A stretch of DNA of 64,000 bases from Bacteroidetes bacterium 24-39-8 (GTDB lineage: Bacteria; Bacteroidota; Bacteroidia; Chitinophagales; Chitinophagaceae): NCBI GenBank assembly GCA_002256765.1, contig NCHJ01000002.1, positions 225-64,224 of the forward strand, in the 5' to 3' direction. The translations under genes and the position numbers were made by a program. The notes beneath the pieces were generated by a model. It made no database searches. It had not been told where the DNA came from and saw nothing but the letters and a program-made list of their open reading frames with translations. How positions within the stretch are numbered: position 1 is the first letter of the stretch; the number at the start of each line of letters is the position of its first letter. Below, piece by piece: positions 1-10,019 of the stretch.

Positions 1-1
1 A

Positions 2-1573
2 TTTGGAGGCGGCGCTGCAGCTACACAATATAGACTAAGTGGTGTTTCTAATGGTAACTATTGGAGTGGTACTGGTGAAGATACTGCTGGTAATAAATTA
101 ACATGGTCTGCCAAATTAGACAGCGTATATCTTGCTGCTAATACTGATTCTTCACAAAGAAGAAGGGGCGGTAACCAACGTTTGGCCAAAGTAACTTTTC
201 CTTTTGATGGATATGGTTGGGAAGAAGCTCCTAAACAAGAAAGCATCTTAATTAAAAATGCAACCGTTTGGACCAATGAAAAAGAAGGCAAACTGGTAAA
301 CACAGACGTCTTATTAAAAGATGGTAAGATTGCTAAAATAGGTAAGGGTCTTTCTGCAGATGGTGCTAAAACCATTGACGGTACTGGCAAACACGTAACA
401 GCTGGGATTATTGATGAACACTCACATATAGCTGCGGCTTCTATTAATGAAGGTGGTCAGTCAGTAACTTCTGAAGTGCGTATTGCAGACAACTTAAATC
501 CTGAAGATATTAATATCTATAGGCAATTAAGTGGTGGTGTTACTTCTTCTCATATTCTTCATGGATCTGCCAATACCATTGGTGGTCAAACTCAATTGAT
601 CAAATTGCGTTGGGGTGCCAATGATGAAGATTTGAAATTCAAAGGCTCTGATGGATTTATCAAATTTGCCTTGGGCGAAAACGTAAAACGTTCTTCTGCA
701 ACTCAGGGTAATAACCGTTTCCCTGATACTAGGATGGGTGTGGCAGAAGTATTGAACGATGCATTTGCTCGTGCAAAAGATTATGAGAAAGCCATTAAGC
801 TTGATCCTAAAACCAGAAGAGATTTAGAGTTGGATGCCTTGGTAGAAATTCTAAATAAAAAGCGTTTTATTACTTGTCACTCTTATGTACAAAGTGAGAT
901 TACTGCTGCTTTACGCGTTGGTGATAAATACGGATTTACCTTTAACACATTCACACATATCTTAGAAGGTTACAAAGTAGCGGATAAAATGAAAGTTCAT
1001 GGAGCAAGTGCTTCTACTTTCTCTGATTGGTTCTATTACAAAGTAGAAGTTACAGACGCTATTGCATACAACGCAGCCATCATGCAGAAAGTTGGTTTGA
1101 ATGTTTGTATCAATTCTGATGACGCAGAAATGGCGCGCCGATTGAATCAGGAAGCTGGTAAGATTGTTCGCTACGGTGGTGTATCTGAAGAAGAAGCCTT
1201 GAAGATGGTTACTTTAAATCCTGCTAAAGCTTTACACGTTGACAATAAAGTAGGTAGCATTAAAGTAGGTAAAGACGCAGACATTGTTCTTTGGAGCGAT
1301 CATCCTTTAAGCATCTATGCCAAGTCAGAAAAAACCATTGTAGATGGTATTGTTTATTGGGATAGAGAAAAAGATTTGGAACAGCGCAAGAAAATTCAAG
1401 CCGAAAGATTCCGCTTAACGCAGAAATTGATTGGTGAAAAAAGAACTGGTGGACCAGGTGCTGTTAGACCGGCTCAACCAAGTTGGCAGATTCTGTTAAG
1501 CTGTGGCGATCACGAACACGAAGATGGTCTCTATACAGTTGAATTGCAAGAAGGTGAATCTAAGGACAAATAA
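2..1573 (+). CDS. Amidohydrolase family protein, 5' end truncated by the window edge
   Basis: Frame is open from position 2 (FGGGAAATQYRL...) into the listed ORF. Motifs: GIIDEHSH (HxH), HSY, THILEG, NSDD, and C-terminal GSIKVGKDADIV. Confidence 0.85.
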   Translation, partial: FGGGAAATQYRLSGVSNGNYWSGTGEDTAGNKLTWSAKLDSVYLAANTDSSQRRRGGNQRLAKVTFPFDGYGWEEAPKQESILIKNATVWTNEKEGKLVNTDVLLKDGKIAKIGKGLSADGAKTIDGTGKHVTAGIIDEHSHIAAASINEGGQSVTSEVRIADNLNPEDINIYRQLSGGVTSSHILHGSANTIGGQTQLIKLRWGANDEDLKFKGSDGFIKFALGENVKRSSATQGNNRFPDTRMGVAEVLNDAFARAKDYEKAIKLDPKTRRDLELDALVEILNKKRFITCHSYVQSEITAALRVGDKYGFTFNTFTHILEGYKVADKMKVHGASASTFSDWFYYKVEVTDAIAYNAAIMQKVGLNVCINSDDAEMARRLNQEAGKIVRYGGVSEEEALKMVTLNPAKALHVDNKVGSIKVGKDADIVLWSDHPLSIYAKSEKTIVDGIVYWDREKDLEQRKKIQAERFRLTQKLIGEKRTGGPGAVRPAQPSWQILLSCGDHEHEDGLYTVELQEGESKDK

Positions 1574-1583
1574 AACAACCAAC

Positions 1584-2909
1584 ATGAAAAGATTATTCTA
1601 TACCATATCAAGCTTAGTCCTGCTTTGCGCAAGCGCACAAGCGCAGGAATCGGTTTACCCCGCAAAAGAATACAAGGGTAAACTTTATATTACTGGCGGA
1701 ACCGTACACATAGGTAACGGAACCGTATTGGAAAATGCCACTGTTGAAGTAAACAATGGCAAAATTGTAAAAGTAGGAACCGGAATTGCCATTCCAGCTG
1801 ATGACGTAAAAATCTTTGACGCCAAGGGCAAACACGTATATCCAGGATTAATTCTTCCAAACTCTGATTTGGGTTTGACTGAAATTGGTTCGGGTGTTAG
1901 AGCTAGTAATGACGTGAGTGAAATTGGAGACTTCAATACCAATGTTCGTTCAATTACAGCCTATAATGCTGACTCAAGGGTCATCAATATTTTAAAGGGC
2001 AATGGAATTTTGTTAAGTAGTGTTGCTCCAGAAGGTGGCATTATTTCTGGATCTTCTTCTGTAGTTCAATTGGACGCATGGAACTGGGAAGACGCGGCTT
2101 ATAAAATGGACGCAGGCATTCACTTGACTATGCCTAGTTTTATCCAACGCTTTGGTAGAAGAGGAGGTTTCCCTGGTGGTTTTCCGGGTTTTGGTGGTGC
2201 ACCTGTTGATCCAGCCAAACAGGCTTTAGACAGGGTTGACCAAATTAAAAACTTCTTCCGTGATGCTAAAGCTTATTTACAAGAAAGTAGCCACGCTAGT
2301 ACCAATTTGAAATTGGAAGCGGTAAAGGGTTTGTTTGACAAAAAGCAAAAACTCTTTGTTCATGGAGATCAAGTAAAACAAATGTTGATTGCTATTGACT
2401 TTGTAAAAGAGTTTGGTTTTGAAGTAGTTGTAGTAGGCGGAAGCGAAAGCTTTCAAATTGCTGACCTATTGAAAGCCAATAATATAGCAGTAATCTTGGG
2501 TGAAGAACACGCTTTACCTGCTACAGAAGATGATGATATTGACCAACCCTACAAAACCCCAGCAGCTTTACAAAAAGCTGGTGTCTTGTTTGCATTAAAT
2601 GACAATTCAGCTAATACCCGTTATAGGAATCTTTCTTATAATGCTGGAACCGCTGTGGCATATGGTCTAACCAAAGAAGAAGCTTTGTCTGCCATTACCT
2701 TAAATGCAGCTAAGATTTTAGGAGTAGATGACAGAACTGGATCCTTAGAAGTGGGTAAAGACGCCAATATCATTGTAAGTGAAGGCGATATCTTAGACAT
2801 GAAGAGCAGTACTATTCTCATGGCTTTTATTCAAGGAAGAAAAGTTAGCCTAGAAAATAAACAAACACAGCTTTACGAACGTTATAAGAGTAAATACGGT
2901 ATTAAATAG
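1584..2909 (+). CDS. Secreted amidohydrolase-fold protein, probably lacking the metal-binding HxH
   Basis: Likely ATG at 1584 (MKRLFYTISSLVLLCASAQA signal peptide). Fold motifs DAKGKHVYPGLI, TLNAAKILG and GSLEVGKDA are present. The HxH position reads PNSD. Confidence 0.8.
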   Translation: MKRLFYTISSLVLLCASAQAQESVYPAKEYKGKLYITGGTVHIGNGTVLENATVEVNNGKIVKVGTGIAIPADDVKIFDAKGKHVYPGLILPNSDLGLTEIGSGVRASNDVSEIGDFNTNVRSITAYNADSRVINILKGNGILLSSVAPEGGIISGSSSVVQLDAWNWEDAAYKMDAGIHLTMPSFIQRFGRRGGFPGGFPGFGGAPVDPAKQALDRVDQIKNFFRDAKAYLQESSHASTNLKLEAVKGLFDKKQKLFVHGDQVKQMLIAIDFVKEFGFEVVVVGGSESFQIADLLKANNIAVILGEEHALPATEDDDIDQPYKTPAALQKAGVLFALNDNSANTRYRNLSYNAGTAVAYGLTKEEALSAITLNAAKILGVDDRTGSLEVGKDANIIVSEGDILDMKSSTILMAFIQGRKVSLENKQTQLYERYKSKYGIK

Positions 2910-2956
2910 TTCAGCAAGGAATAAAAACGGTCCAAACCCACATGGACCAATTTTTG

Positions 2957-2985
2957 AAAAGCCCCACATTTTGTGGGGTTTTTTA
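2957..2985 (+). terminator. Rho-independent terminator
   Basis: GCCCCACA-TTT-TGTGGGGT hairpin followed by a T run, after the amidohydrolase pair. Confidence 0.75.
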
Positions 2986-3016
2986 TTTTGGACACTAATT
3001 TCTATAACTTAGCCAA

Positions 3017-5854
3017 ATGTCAAAAAAACTCTTTCTGCTAGACGCGTTTGCGTTAATTTTTCGAGCTTACTATGCATTGATCAGAAATCCTAGAATTACT
3101 TCAAAAGGTCATAATACCAATGCGCAATTTGGATTTACTAGCACACTCTTTGATTTGATTAATAAAGAGAAGCCAACACATTTGGCCGTTTGTTTTGATA
3201 CCAAAGCACCAACAGAGCGCCATACAGATTTTGCAGACTATAAAGCCAACCGTCAGGAAACTCCTGAAGACCTCTTATTATCAATTCCAGATATTAAAAG
3301 AATCATTCGTGGCTTTAATATTCCGGTGGTAGAAATGGATGGCTACGAAGCCGATGACGTGATTGGAACCCTAGCATGGGCTGCCGCCGATGCGGGTTAT
3401 GAAGTATATATGGTTACCCCAGATAAAGACTATGGTCAGTTATTGATTCACCCCAATGTCTTTATTTACAAACCACCTTTTATGGGTAATCCCCATGAAA
3501 TTCTTACCGCTGCAAAAATCTGTGCCCGTTGGGATATTCAACGCGTAGAACAGGTAATAGATATGTTGGGGATGATGGGTGATGCGGTTGACAATATTCC
3601 TGGTATACCGGGAGTGGGAGAAAAAACGGCCGCCAAATTATTAAAGGAATATGATACACTAGAAAACGTATTGGCTAACGCCGATAACTTAAAAGGCGCA
3701 TTGGGTGAGAAAGTGAGAAAGGGTGCAGAGATGGCCATCATGAGTAAAAAACTGGCTACCATTATTACCAATGTACCGGTTGAATTTCATGAAGAGAATT
3801 TTAGACTAAAGGAATGGAACAACGAGGAGTTGGTACAAGTGTTTACCGAATTAGAATTTAAAACATTAGGTAAAAGAATCTTAGGCGATAGTTTTAATGC
3901 TTTTCAATCTGTACCACAAGCGGGTCAAATGGATTTGTTTGGTAACCCTATTGCAACACCTGAGAAAAAAGAAAAGCCTAGTGAATTTAAAGAAGCATTG
4001 CAAGAAGACGCGGGCAATAATGGCATGCAAGCCGATAAAAATATCAACAACACGGCGCACGATTATCAATTGATTCAAGGCAAAGATGCCATTGAAGCAT
4101 TGATCAAAAGATTGATGCCGGAGCGTGAAATTTGTTTTGATACAGAGACTACAAATATTGATGCTAATGAAGCAGAAATAGTAGGCATGAGTTTTAGTAT
4201 TAAAGCGGGTGAGGGTTATTATGTTCCTTGTTCTAGTAATAGAGACGAAGTATTAGAAATGTTCCAAAAGTTTCATCCGCTCTTTAATAGAACCGATGTT
4301 ACTTGGATTGGTCAAAACCTAAAATATGATTTGCTCTTATTAAAATGGTATGGCGTAGAACCAAAAGGTAAACTATTTGATACCATGTTGGCGCATTACC
4401 TCATTGAGCCAGAAGGCAGACGTAGTATGGATTTGCTGAGTGCACAATACTTGGGTTATGAACCAGTTCATATTGATGAACTCATTGGTAAGAAGGGAAA
4501 GAACCAAGGGAATATGCGCGATGTGGATCCTGAGAAAGTAAAAGAATACGCCGCAGAAGACGCAGACATTACCCTACAATTAAAACAGGTTTTTGTTCCC
4601 ATGTTGGAAGACAAAAAAGTACAGCGTGTTTTTGATGAAGTAGAAAATCCCTTGGTACGCGTCTTAACAGATATGGAATTTGAAGGCGTAAAAATTGATG
4701 TGGATTTTCTACAAGCCTATAGTAAAGAATTAGAAAAAGACGCAAAGGTTTTTGAAGAATCAGTTTATGCACAAGCGGGTGTACGTTTTAATTTAGCATC
4801 GCCCAAGCAATTGGGAGAAGTGCTGTTTGATAAATTAAAGATTGATCCCAAAGCAAAGAAAACCAAGACTGGTCAATACGCCACTGGTGAAGACGTGTTA
4901 CAAAAGCTCTCTAATAATAATCCTATTGTGGCTGATATTTTGGGCTTTAGAGAATTGACTAAATTGAAAAGCACTTATGTAGATGCTTTACCAGAAATCA
5001 TCAATAGCAAAACGGGTAGGGTGCATACTTCATATGCGCAAGCCGTTGCGGTAACTGGAAGATTGAGTAGCAATAATCCTAACCTGCAAAATATTCCTGT
5101 GCGTAGTGATAGAGGTAAAGAAATTAGAAAAGCCTTTATTCCTAGAGACAGCAACCATATTTTAGTGAGTGCGGATTATTCTCAAATTGAACTAAGAATT
5201 GTGGCCGCCATGAGTGGTGACCCAAATATGTGTGAGGCTTTTAAACAAGGCAAAGACATTCATACCGCTACTGCTGCAAAAGTCTATGGCATTGAAGAAG
5301 CAGATGTAACCAAAGAGCAACGCTATAAAGCCAAGAGCGTGAACTATGGAATTATCTATGGTCAGGGTGCATTTGGTTTGGCTGAGAACCTAGGCATTCC
5401 AAGAGCAGAGGCCAAAGAGATTATTGACAACTATAAAAAAGAGTTCTCGGGCATTACTGCCTATATGGATAATACCATCCATTTTGCTCAAGAGAATGGC
5501 TATGTAGAAACCCTGATGGGTAGAAAGCGTTGGCTAAAAGATATTGGTTCTGCCAATTTTACGGTGCGTGGTTTTGCAGAAAGAAACGCCGTTAACTCTC
5601 CTATTCAAGGTACAGCAGCAGATATGATTAAGCTGGCCATGATTCGGATTCACAAAGCCATTAAAGAAGCGGGTCTAAAATCTAAGATGATTTTACAAGT
5701 ACACGATGAATTGATCTTTGATGCTTTGCCAGAAGAAATGGATAAACTCAAACCTATTATTTTAGACAATATGCGTGCTGCACTTCCTTTACCCAATGGG
5801 GTTCCGGTAGAAGCAGAAATGGGTATTGGAGAAAACTGGTTATTGGCGCATTAG
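3017..5854 (+). CDS. polA: DNA polymerase I
   Basis: 5'-3' exonuclease (LLDAFALIFRAYYA, YEADD, GDAVDNIPG), 3'-5' exonuclease (FDTET), and polymerase motifs ADYSQIELR, KSVNYGIIYG, QVHDE. Confidence 0.98.
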   Translation: MSKKLFLLDAFALIFRAYYALIRNPRITSKGHNTNAQFGFTSTLFDLINKEKPTHLAVCFDTKAPTERHTDFADYKANRQETPEDLLLSIPDIKRIIRGFNIPVVEMDGYEADDVIGTLAWAAADAGYEVYMVTPDKDYGQLLIHPNVFIYKPPFMGNPHEILTAAKICARWDIQRVEQVIDMLGMMGDAVDNIPGIPGVGEKTAAKLLKEYDTLENVLANADNLKGALGEKVRKGAEMAIMSKKLATIITNVPVEFHEENFRLKEWNNEELVQVFTELEFKTLGKRILGDSFNAFQSVPQAGQMDLFGNPIATPEKKEKPSEFKEALQEDAGNNGMQADKNINNTAHDYQLIQGKDAIEALIKRLMPEREICFDTETTNIDANEAEIVGMSFSIKAGEGYYVPCSSNRDEVLEMFQKFHPLFNRTDVTWIGQNLKYDLLLLKWYGVEPKGKLFDTMLAHYLIEPEGRRSMDLLSAQYLGYEPVHIDELIGKKGKNQGNMRDVDPEKVKEYAAEDADITLQLKQVFVPMLEDKKVQRVFDEVENPLVRVLTDMEFEGVKIDVDFLQAYSKELEKDAKVFEESVYAQAGVRFNLASPKQLGEVLFDKLKIDPKAKKTKTGQYATGEDVLQKLSNNNPIVADILGFRELTKLKSTYVDALPEIINSKTGRVHTSYAQAVAVTGRLSSNNPNLQNIPVRSDRGKEIRKAFIPRDSNHILVSADYSQIELRIVAAMSGDPNMCEAFKQGKDIHTATAAKVYGIEEADVTKEQRYKAKSVNYGIIYGQGAFGLAENLGIPRAEAKEIIDNYKKEFSGITAYMDNTIHFAQENGYVETLMGRKRWLKDIGSANFTVRGFAERNAVNSPIQGTAADMIKLAMIRIHKAIKEAGLKSKMILQVHDELIFDALPEEMDKLKPIILDNMRAALPLPNGVPVEAEMGIGENWLLAH

Positions 5855-5889
5855 AAAGTCAAAATTAAAAAGTCAAAAGTCAAAATAAG
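5855..5889. repeat. Degenerate 7-bp tandem repeat (AAAGTCA)n
   Basis: AAAGTCA AAATTAA AAAGTCA AAAGTCA AAATAAG immediately after the polA stop. Confidence 0.6.
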
Positions 5890-5948
5890 TAGAAGTAAAA
5901 AAGAACGTATATGTTGAAAAATTTGTGAATATAAGAAAGTGTAAAAAA

Positions 5949-6422
5949 ATGAATCAAAACGAAGCAACCATACATAAATTCTATACAGCTTTTCAAAACA
6001 AAGACTGGGCTACCATGCAATCCTGTTATGCAGACGATGCGGTTTTCAATGATCCCGCCTTTGGTTTAATTGATGCAGAACACGCAAGGGCTATGTGGGA
6101 AATGCTTTGCAAAAGAGCCAAGGACTTTTCTTTGACTTATGGGAATATTCAATTGCTAGATGAAGAGTATGCCACTTGTGATTGGAACGCTAAATACCTA
6201 TTTAGCAAAACAGGCAGAAAGGTGAACAATAAAATCAAAGCGCATATGCGTTTGAAAGACGGTTTGATTATTGAACACACAGACGCATTTGATTTTTACA
6301 AATGGACCAGAATGGCCATGGGTTTACCGGGCTTTTTATTTGGATGGAGTAATTTTATGCAGGGCAAGATTCAAAAAGGTGCAAGAAAAGGATTGGTTGA
6401 TTACATGGAAAAAAACAAATAA
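5949..6422 (+). CDS. SnoaL-like / NTF2 family protein
   Basis: FYTAF...CYADDAVFNDPAFG...DGLIIEHTDAFD. Likely start is the ATG at 5949. Confidence 0.8.
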   Translation: MNQNEATIHKFYTAFQNKDWATMQSCYADDAVFNDPAFGLIDAEHARAMWEMLCKRAKDFSLTYGNIQLLDEEYATCDWNAKYLFSKTGRKVNNKIKAHMRLKDGLIIEHTDAFDFYKWTRMAMGLPGFLFGWSNFMQGKIQKGARKGLVDYMEKNK

Positions 6423-6424
6423 AC

Positions 6425-7195
6425 ATGCAGATTAATTGGGACTTCTATTGGAATATTGTGACCAAGATTGGCAGCAGGTATTACTTGATTGCGGGCTTGG
6501 TATTTTTTGTGTTTTATGTTTTGCTCAAACAATCTTGGGCCTATAAAAAATTACAAACCAAAGACGCAAAGACAAAAGATTTTATTAGAGAGATCCTTTA
6601 TTCTAGTACAACGGTTTTGATCTTTGGTCTCTTTATTTATATTCTACACCATCCTGCCGTGGCTCCTTATACAACCAGGTACTTAGAAATTTCTGAAAGG
6701 GGTTGGGTGTATTATTTTGCTGTATTTCCTGTGTTATTCTTCATGCACGATACTTATTTTTATTTTACGCATCGTGCTATGCACCATCCGGCATTATTTA
6801 AATGGTTTCATTTGGTGCATCATCAATCTACCAATCCATCGCCTTGGGCAGCTTATGCGTTTCATCCCTTAGAAGCTATTGTGGAACAGGGGATTGTGTT
6901 CATTTTCTATTTTACCCTTCCCATACATATTACACACTTGGCTTTATTTTTTCTTTTCTCTATAGTCTATAATATTTATGGTCACTTGGGTTATGAATTA
7001 TACCCGCGTTCTTTTGCAACTTCAAAAATTGGAAAGTGGATTAACACTTCTACCAGCCATAACCAGCACCACCAATATTTTAAAGGAAACTATGGTTTAT
7101 ACTTGCTTGTTTGGGACCGTGTGTTTGGAACCATTAGAGAAGACTATGATCAACGTTTTGAGGAAGTAACTACTAGAGAAAAACCAACGAGATAG
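6425..7195 (+). CDS. Sterol desaturase / fatty acid hydroxylase family protein
   Basis: His boxes HRAMH, HLVHH and HNQHH, plus NYG..WDRVFGT and hydrophobic segments. Confidence 0.9.
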   Translation: MQINWDFYWNIVTKIGSRYYLIAGLVFFVFYVLLKQSWAYKKLQTKDAKTKDFIREILYSSTTVLIFGLFIYILHHPAVAPYTTRYLEISERGWVYYFAVFPVLFFMHDTYFYFTHRAMHHPALFKWFHLVHHQSTNPSPWAAYAFHPLEAIVEQGIVFIFYFTLPIHITHLALFFLFSIVYNIYGHLGYELYPRSFATSKIGKWINTSTSHNQHHQYFKGNYGLYLLVWDRVFGTIREDYDQRFEEVTTREKPTR

Positions 7196-7248
7196 TTGGC
7201 GTAAAAATTTACCGTTCTTGAAAAAAGCTTTTGATTTTTATACCCCCG

Positions 7249-7776
7249 TTATTCCGCTTTTGCAGGGTTGGGTTTTTTGTAAATGGGCACCGTACTACAG
7301 GGTTCTCCGTACATGATGCTTTTTACAAAAGGTCTGAGTTTGTTGGTAATACTAACATATGCCGTTTCCGGAATGGGGGTATCGCCACAACCTTTGACTA
7401 CCACACGTTTATCTGTATATTCAGCTGCGTCAAATTGGTCTAGACTTTTTAGCATTAAACTATTGACCAATTCTTTCTCCGTTCCAAATACTATTTCTGC
7501 TGCCACTGGTTGCAGATAACTAGCAATAAGCATATAGGCCCACATTGGAATAATGGCATCTGCAGAACAAGTAATGGCTACAGCAGCTCCTTGGTAGATG
7601 GTCCAATCGGTGGTTTGCAAAGCCGCTCTAAAATCCTTTTCTTTTAAAATCAATTCCATAAACAAATAGCCCTTTAGGTCAAAAACCTTAATGGGTGCTT
7701 TTGGATAGAATTGTTCTAAATCAAGGGTGATTAAACCGCTTTCCTGAACCTTATTGACAAATATTTCTGCTGCCAT
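7249..7776 (-). CDS. DUF2480-like Bacteroidota protein
   Basis: NKV..SGLITLDLE, LKEKDFR, CSADAIIPMWAYML, MYGEPCSTVP. A TAATTTTG -7 element lies at 7800-7793 on the minus strand. Confidence 0.75.
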   Translation of the reverse strand: MAAEIFVNKVQESGLITLDLEQFYPKAPIKVFDLKGYLFMELILKEKDFRAALQTTDWTIYQGAAVAITCSADAIIPMWAYMLIASYLQPVAAEIVFGTEKELVNSLMLKSLDQFDAAEYTDKRVVVKGCGDTPIPETAYVSITNKLRPFVKSIMYGEPCSTVPIYKKPNPAKAE

Positions 7777-7839
7777 GGGATAATTGAAAGGACAAAATTA
7801 GGCAATCGTTTCAAACAAAGCTTTCGTTATTAGTAAAAC

Positions 7840-7866
7840 AAAAGCCCGGACCAAGGCCCGGGCTTC
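7840..7866 (-). terminator. Rho-independent terminator for the ppiD-like gene
   Basis: AAGCCCGG...CCGGGCTT hairpin, preceded by A-rich sequence that gives a U tract on the minus strand. Confidence 0.65.
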
Positions 7867-7886
7867 ATTTAAATCAAATATATCTA

Positions 7887-9974
7887 TTAATAGAACTTAG
7901 AGCGGTTGTCTACAATAGTAGCTGATTTACGCAAAGCATCTGCTCCACGGTAAGCGGCCATACGAGCTGCTTGAATCAGATTTTCCTTTAAGGCAGCTGC
8001 GTCTGCAGTTGCAGGTTTAGCACTATTGTTTTCTACACGAACAGCAAACACACCACTTGTTCCAGCAATGGGTTCGCTTATTTTACCTTGTAATGCTTTA
8101 TTAAACGCAGCACCAATTACCTTGGGTTCACTTCCTAGATTAGGAATGAATGGGGTAGTGAAGCTAATACTATCAGCTCTTTGAACTGCGGTTCCAACTG
8201 AACCAGCCAAAGCTTCCAAAGTGGTTCCTTTAAATTTGGTATCAATAATCATCTTAGCCTTCTTAGTGCTTCTAACAATTGCTTCTACCAATGGTCTTGC
8301 TTCAGTAGCAGACATGGTACCAGCTTTGTTTACAGATGTTAAAATAGCAACAACATATCTATCACCAACTTCTGTTGGTTCAGAAACTGTTCCAACAGAA
8401 TTGTCATAAGCCCAACGAACCAATGTTCTACTAGAACCAATTCCTACAATTTGATTATCGTTTGCTTTAATTTCAGCAGCAGTCATCAATTGCAAGTTTG
8501 ATTTCAAAGCGTTCTCATCAAAAGCTTTTTTGTTTTTGCTAGTAGTAGCAAATTGTGCAGCAGCGGTTTCAGCAGCGCTTACTGTTTCATTGCTTGATAC
8601 AATTGGTTTGGCCAAGTATCCAATCTTATAAGCAGGTCCAAAGTTTTTCTGACCTAAGATTTCAATATAGTGGTAACCGAATTCTGTTTTAACTACAGAT
8701 TTAGAACCTACTGGATTATTGAATACATAGTCATTAAAGCCCATCACCATTTTACCTTGTTCAAAATAAGGATAAACACCACCCTTGTCTTTACTTCCGG
8801 CATCATCAGAATACTTCATGCAAAGTGCGTTAAAATCGGCACCGCCTTTTATAGCAGCAGCAATACTATCTGCTTGTTTCTTACCTACGCTATCTGGTTT
8901 AATTTGTTGACCAGTTTGTGGATTAGCTGTACCAATTAAGATATGTCTAACAGTAACGCTATCAGGCCAACTTTTGGTGCTCACCATTTTAGCCATTACA
9001 TAAGAACCACCATCCAAATAAGGTCCATAGATATTTCCTACAGCCAAACTTGTCAAGCTATCTTTCATAGCCATCTGTAATTTGCTTTTTCCAAAATAGC
9101 TATCGTAAAAAGGAAGATCTGTACCAGCTTTGTTTAAAAAAGCCTTTGTATCTGCAGTGGTTGCAAATTCATTGCGGTAAGATAATAGTTGATTTAAAAC
9201 AGTAGTTGAATCAACTGAAGAAGGAGCAGCGTTAAAGCTAACATAAGCAATACCCCTGGTTTCTTCTTCTTTCTTATATTCAGATGCGTGTTTGCTTACA
9301 TAAGCAGCAATTTCATCATCAGAAACTTGAACCGTACTATCTGCAATACTATTATATGGAGCAAATGCATATGAAATACTAGCAATGGCGTTATTATCAG
9401 CCATTTGTTTTTCAATCATCCACTTTGGTACATATGCAGACTGTTGTAACAAGGCTTGATATTTGGTATGCAAAGCTTGTTCAATGGTTGGCTCAATATA
9501 AGCTGAGTTAATCATGTTCACCTGCTCTGCATTCTTGCTTTTCTTTATTTGAGCAAAAGCTTGTTTAGCTTCAGCTACTTTAAAAACACCAGTTGCAGGA
9601 TCAGTAAATTCATTCTTAAGTGGAGAGTTCTCACCAAAAAGAATATCGGTTAATTCTTTAGAAGTTACTTGAAGACCAAGCTTCTCGTATTCTTGTTGCA
9701 GAACAATCCTTTCAACTTCTTGATTCCAAACAGAACCAATCAATTGTTCTCTTTGAGCACCTTGAGCACCATACATACGTTCTTGCATGGATAATTTCTC
9801 TTCAAATGCTAGGCGTTCAATTTTAACACCATTCACTTTTCCCATATCGGTATTGTTATTGGCAGAATTGCCACGTCCAACACCATCCTGTAGGATGAAT
9901 GCAATTAAAGCTAGGGCGATGATACCAAAAATAACCCAAGCTCCTTTGTCACGAATACTTTGAATGACAGACAT
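7887..9974 (-). CDS. PpiD/SurA-like membrane-anchored parvulin PPIase chaperone
   Basis: N-terminal TM segment (IIALALIAFIL), SurA_N-like region, and rotamase motifs VRHILI, YSDDAGSKDKGG, TEFGYHYI. Confidence 0.88.
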   Translation of the reverse strand: MSVIQSIRDKGAWVIFGIIALALIAFILQDGVGRGNSANNNTDMGKVNGVKIERLAFEEKLSMQERMYGAQGAQREQLIGSVWNQEVERIVLQQEYEKLGLQVTSKELTDILFGENSPLKNEFTDPATGVFKVAEAKQAFAQIKKSKNAEQVNMINSAYIEPTIEQALHTKYQALLQQSAYVPKWMIEKQMADNNAIASISYAFAPYNSIADSTVQVSDDEIAAYVSKHASEYKKEEETRGIAYVSFNAAPSSVDSTTVLNQLLSYRNEFATTADTKAFLNKAGTDLPFYDSYFGKSKLQMAMKDSLTSLAVGNIYGPYLDGGSYVMAKMVSTKSWPDSVTVRHILIGTANPQTGQQIKPDSVGKKQADSIAAAIKGGADFNALCMKYSDDAGSKDKGGVYPYFEQGKMVMGFNDYVFNNPVGSKSVVKTEFGYHYIEILGQKNFGPAYKIGYLAKPIVSSNETVSAAETAAAQFATTSKNKKAFDENALKSNLQLMTAAEIKANDNQIVGIGSSRTLVRWAYDNSVGTVSEPTEVGDRYVVAILTSVNKAGTMSATEARPLVEAIVRSTKKAKMIIDTKFKGTTLEALAGSVGTAVQRADSISFTTPFIPNLGSEPKVIGAAFNKALQGKISEPIAGTSGVFAVRVENNSAKPATADAAALKENLIQAARMAAYRGADALRKSATIVDNRSKFY

Positions 9975-10003
9975 AATAAACTATTGTTAGATTTTAAGGA
10001 TGG

Positions 10004-10011
10004 CAAAAATA
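10004..10011 (-). promoter_or_regulatory. Bacteroidota -7 promoter element (TATTTTTG) for the ppiD-like gene
   Basis: Matches TAnnTTTG about 30 bp upstream of the ATG. Confidence 0.55.
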
Positions 10012-10019
10012 GGGGAAAA

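Noticed and set aside
1503-1583. Upstream extensions of ORF-track starts (1503, and likewise 5925, 14014, 41690, 51618, 61483)
   Set aside because: They use non-ATG starts that mostly overlap upstream genes, terminators or promoter elements. Downstream ATGs give cleaner starts, with signal peptides where expected.
2150-2200. GGFPGGFPGFGG low-complexity repeat in amidohydrolase 2
   Set aside because: It is a short in-frame Gly-rich linker with no sign of a separate element or phase variation.
2995-3012. CTAA-N10-TTAG upstream of polA as an SOS box
   Set aside because: The spacer is 10 nt rather than 5.
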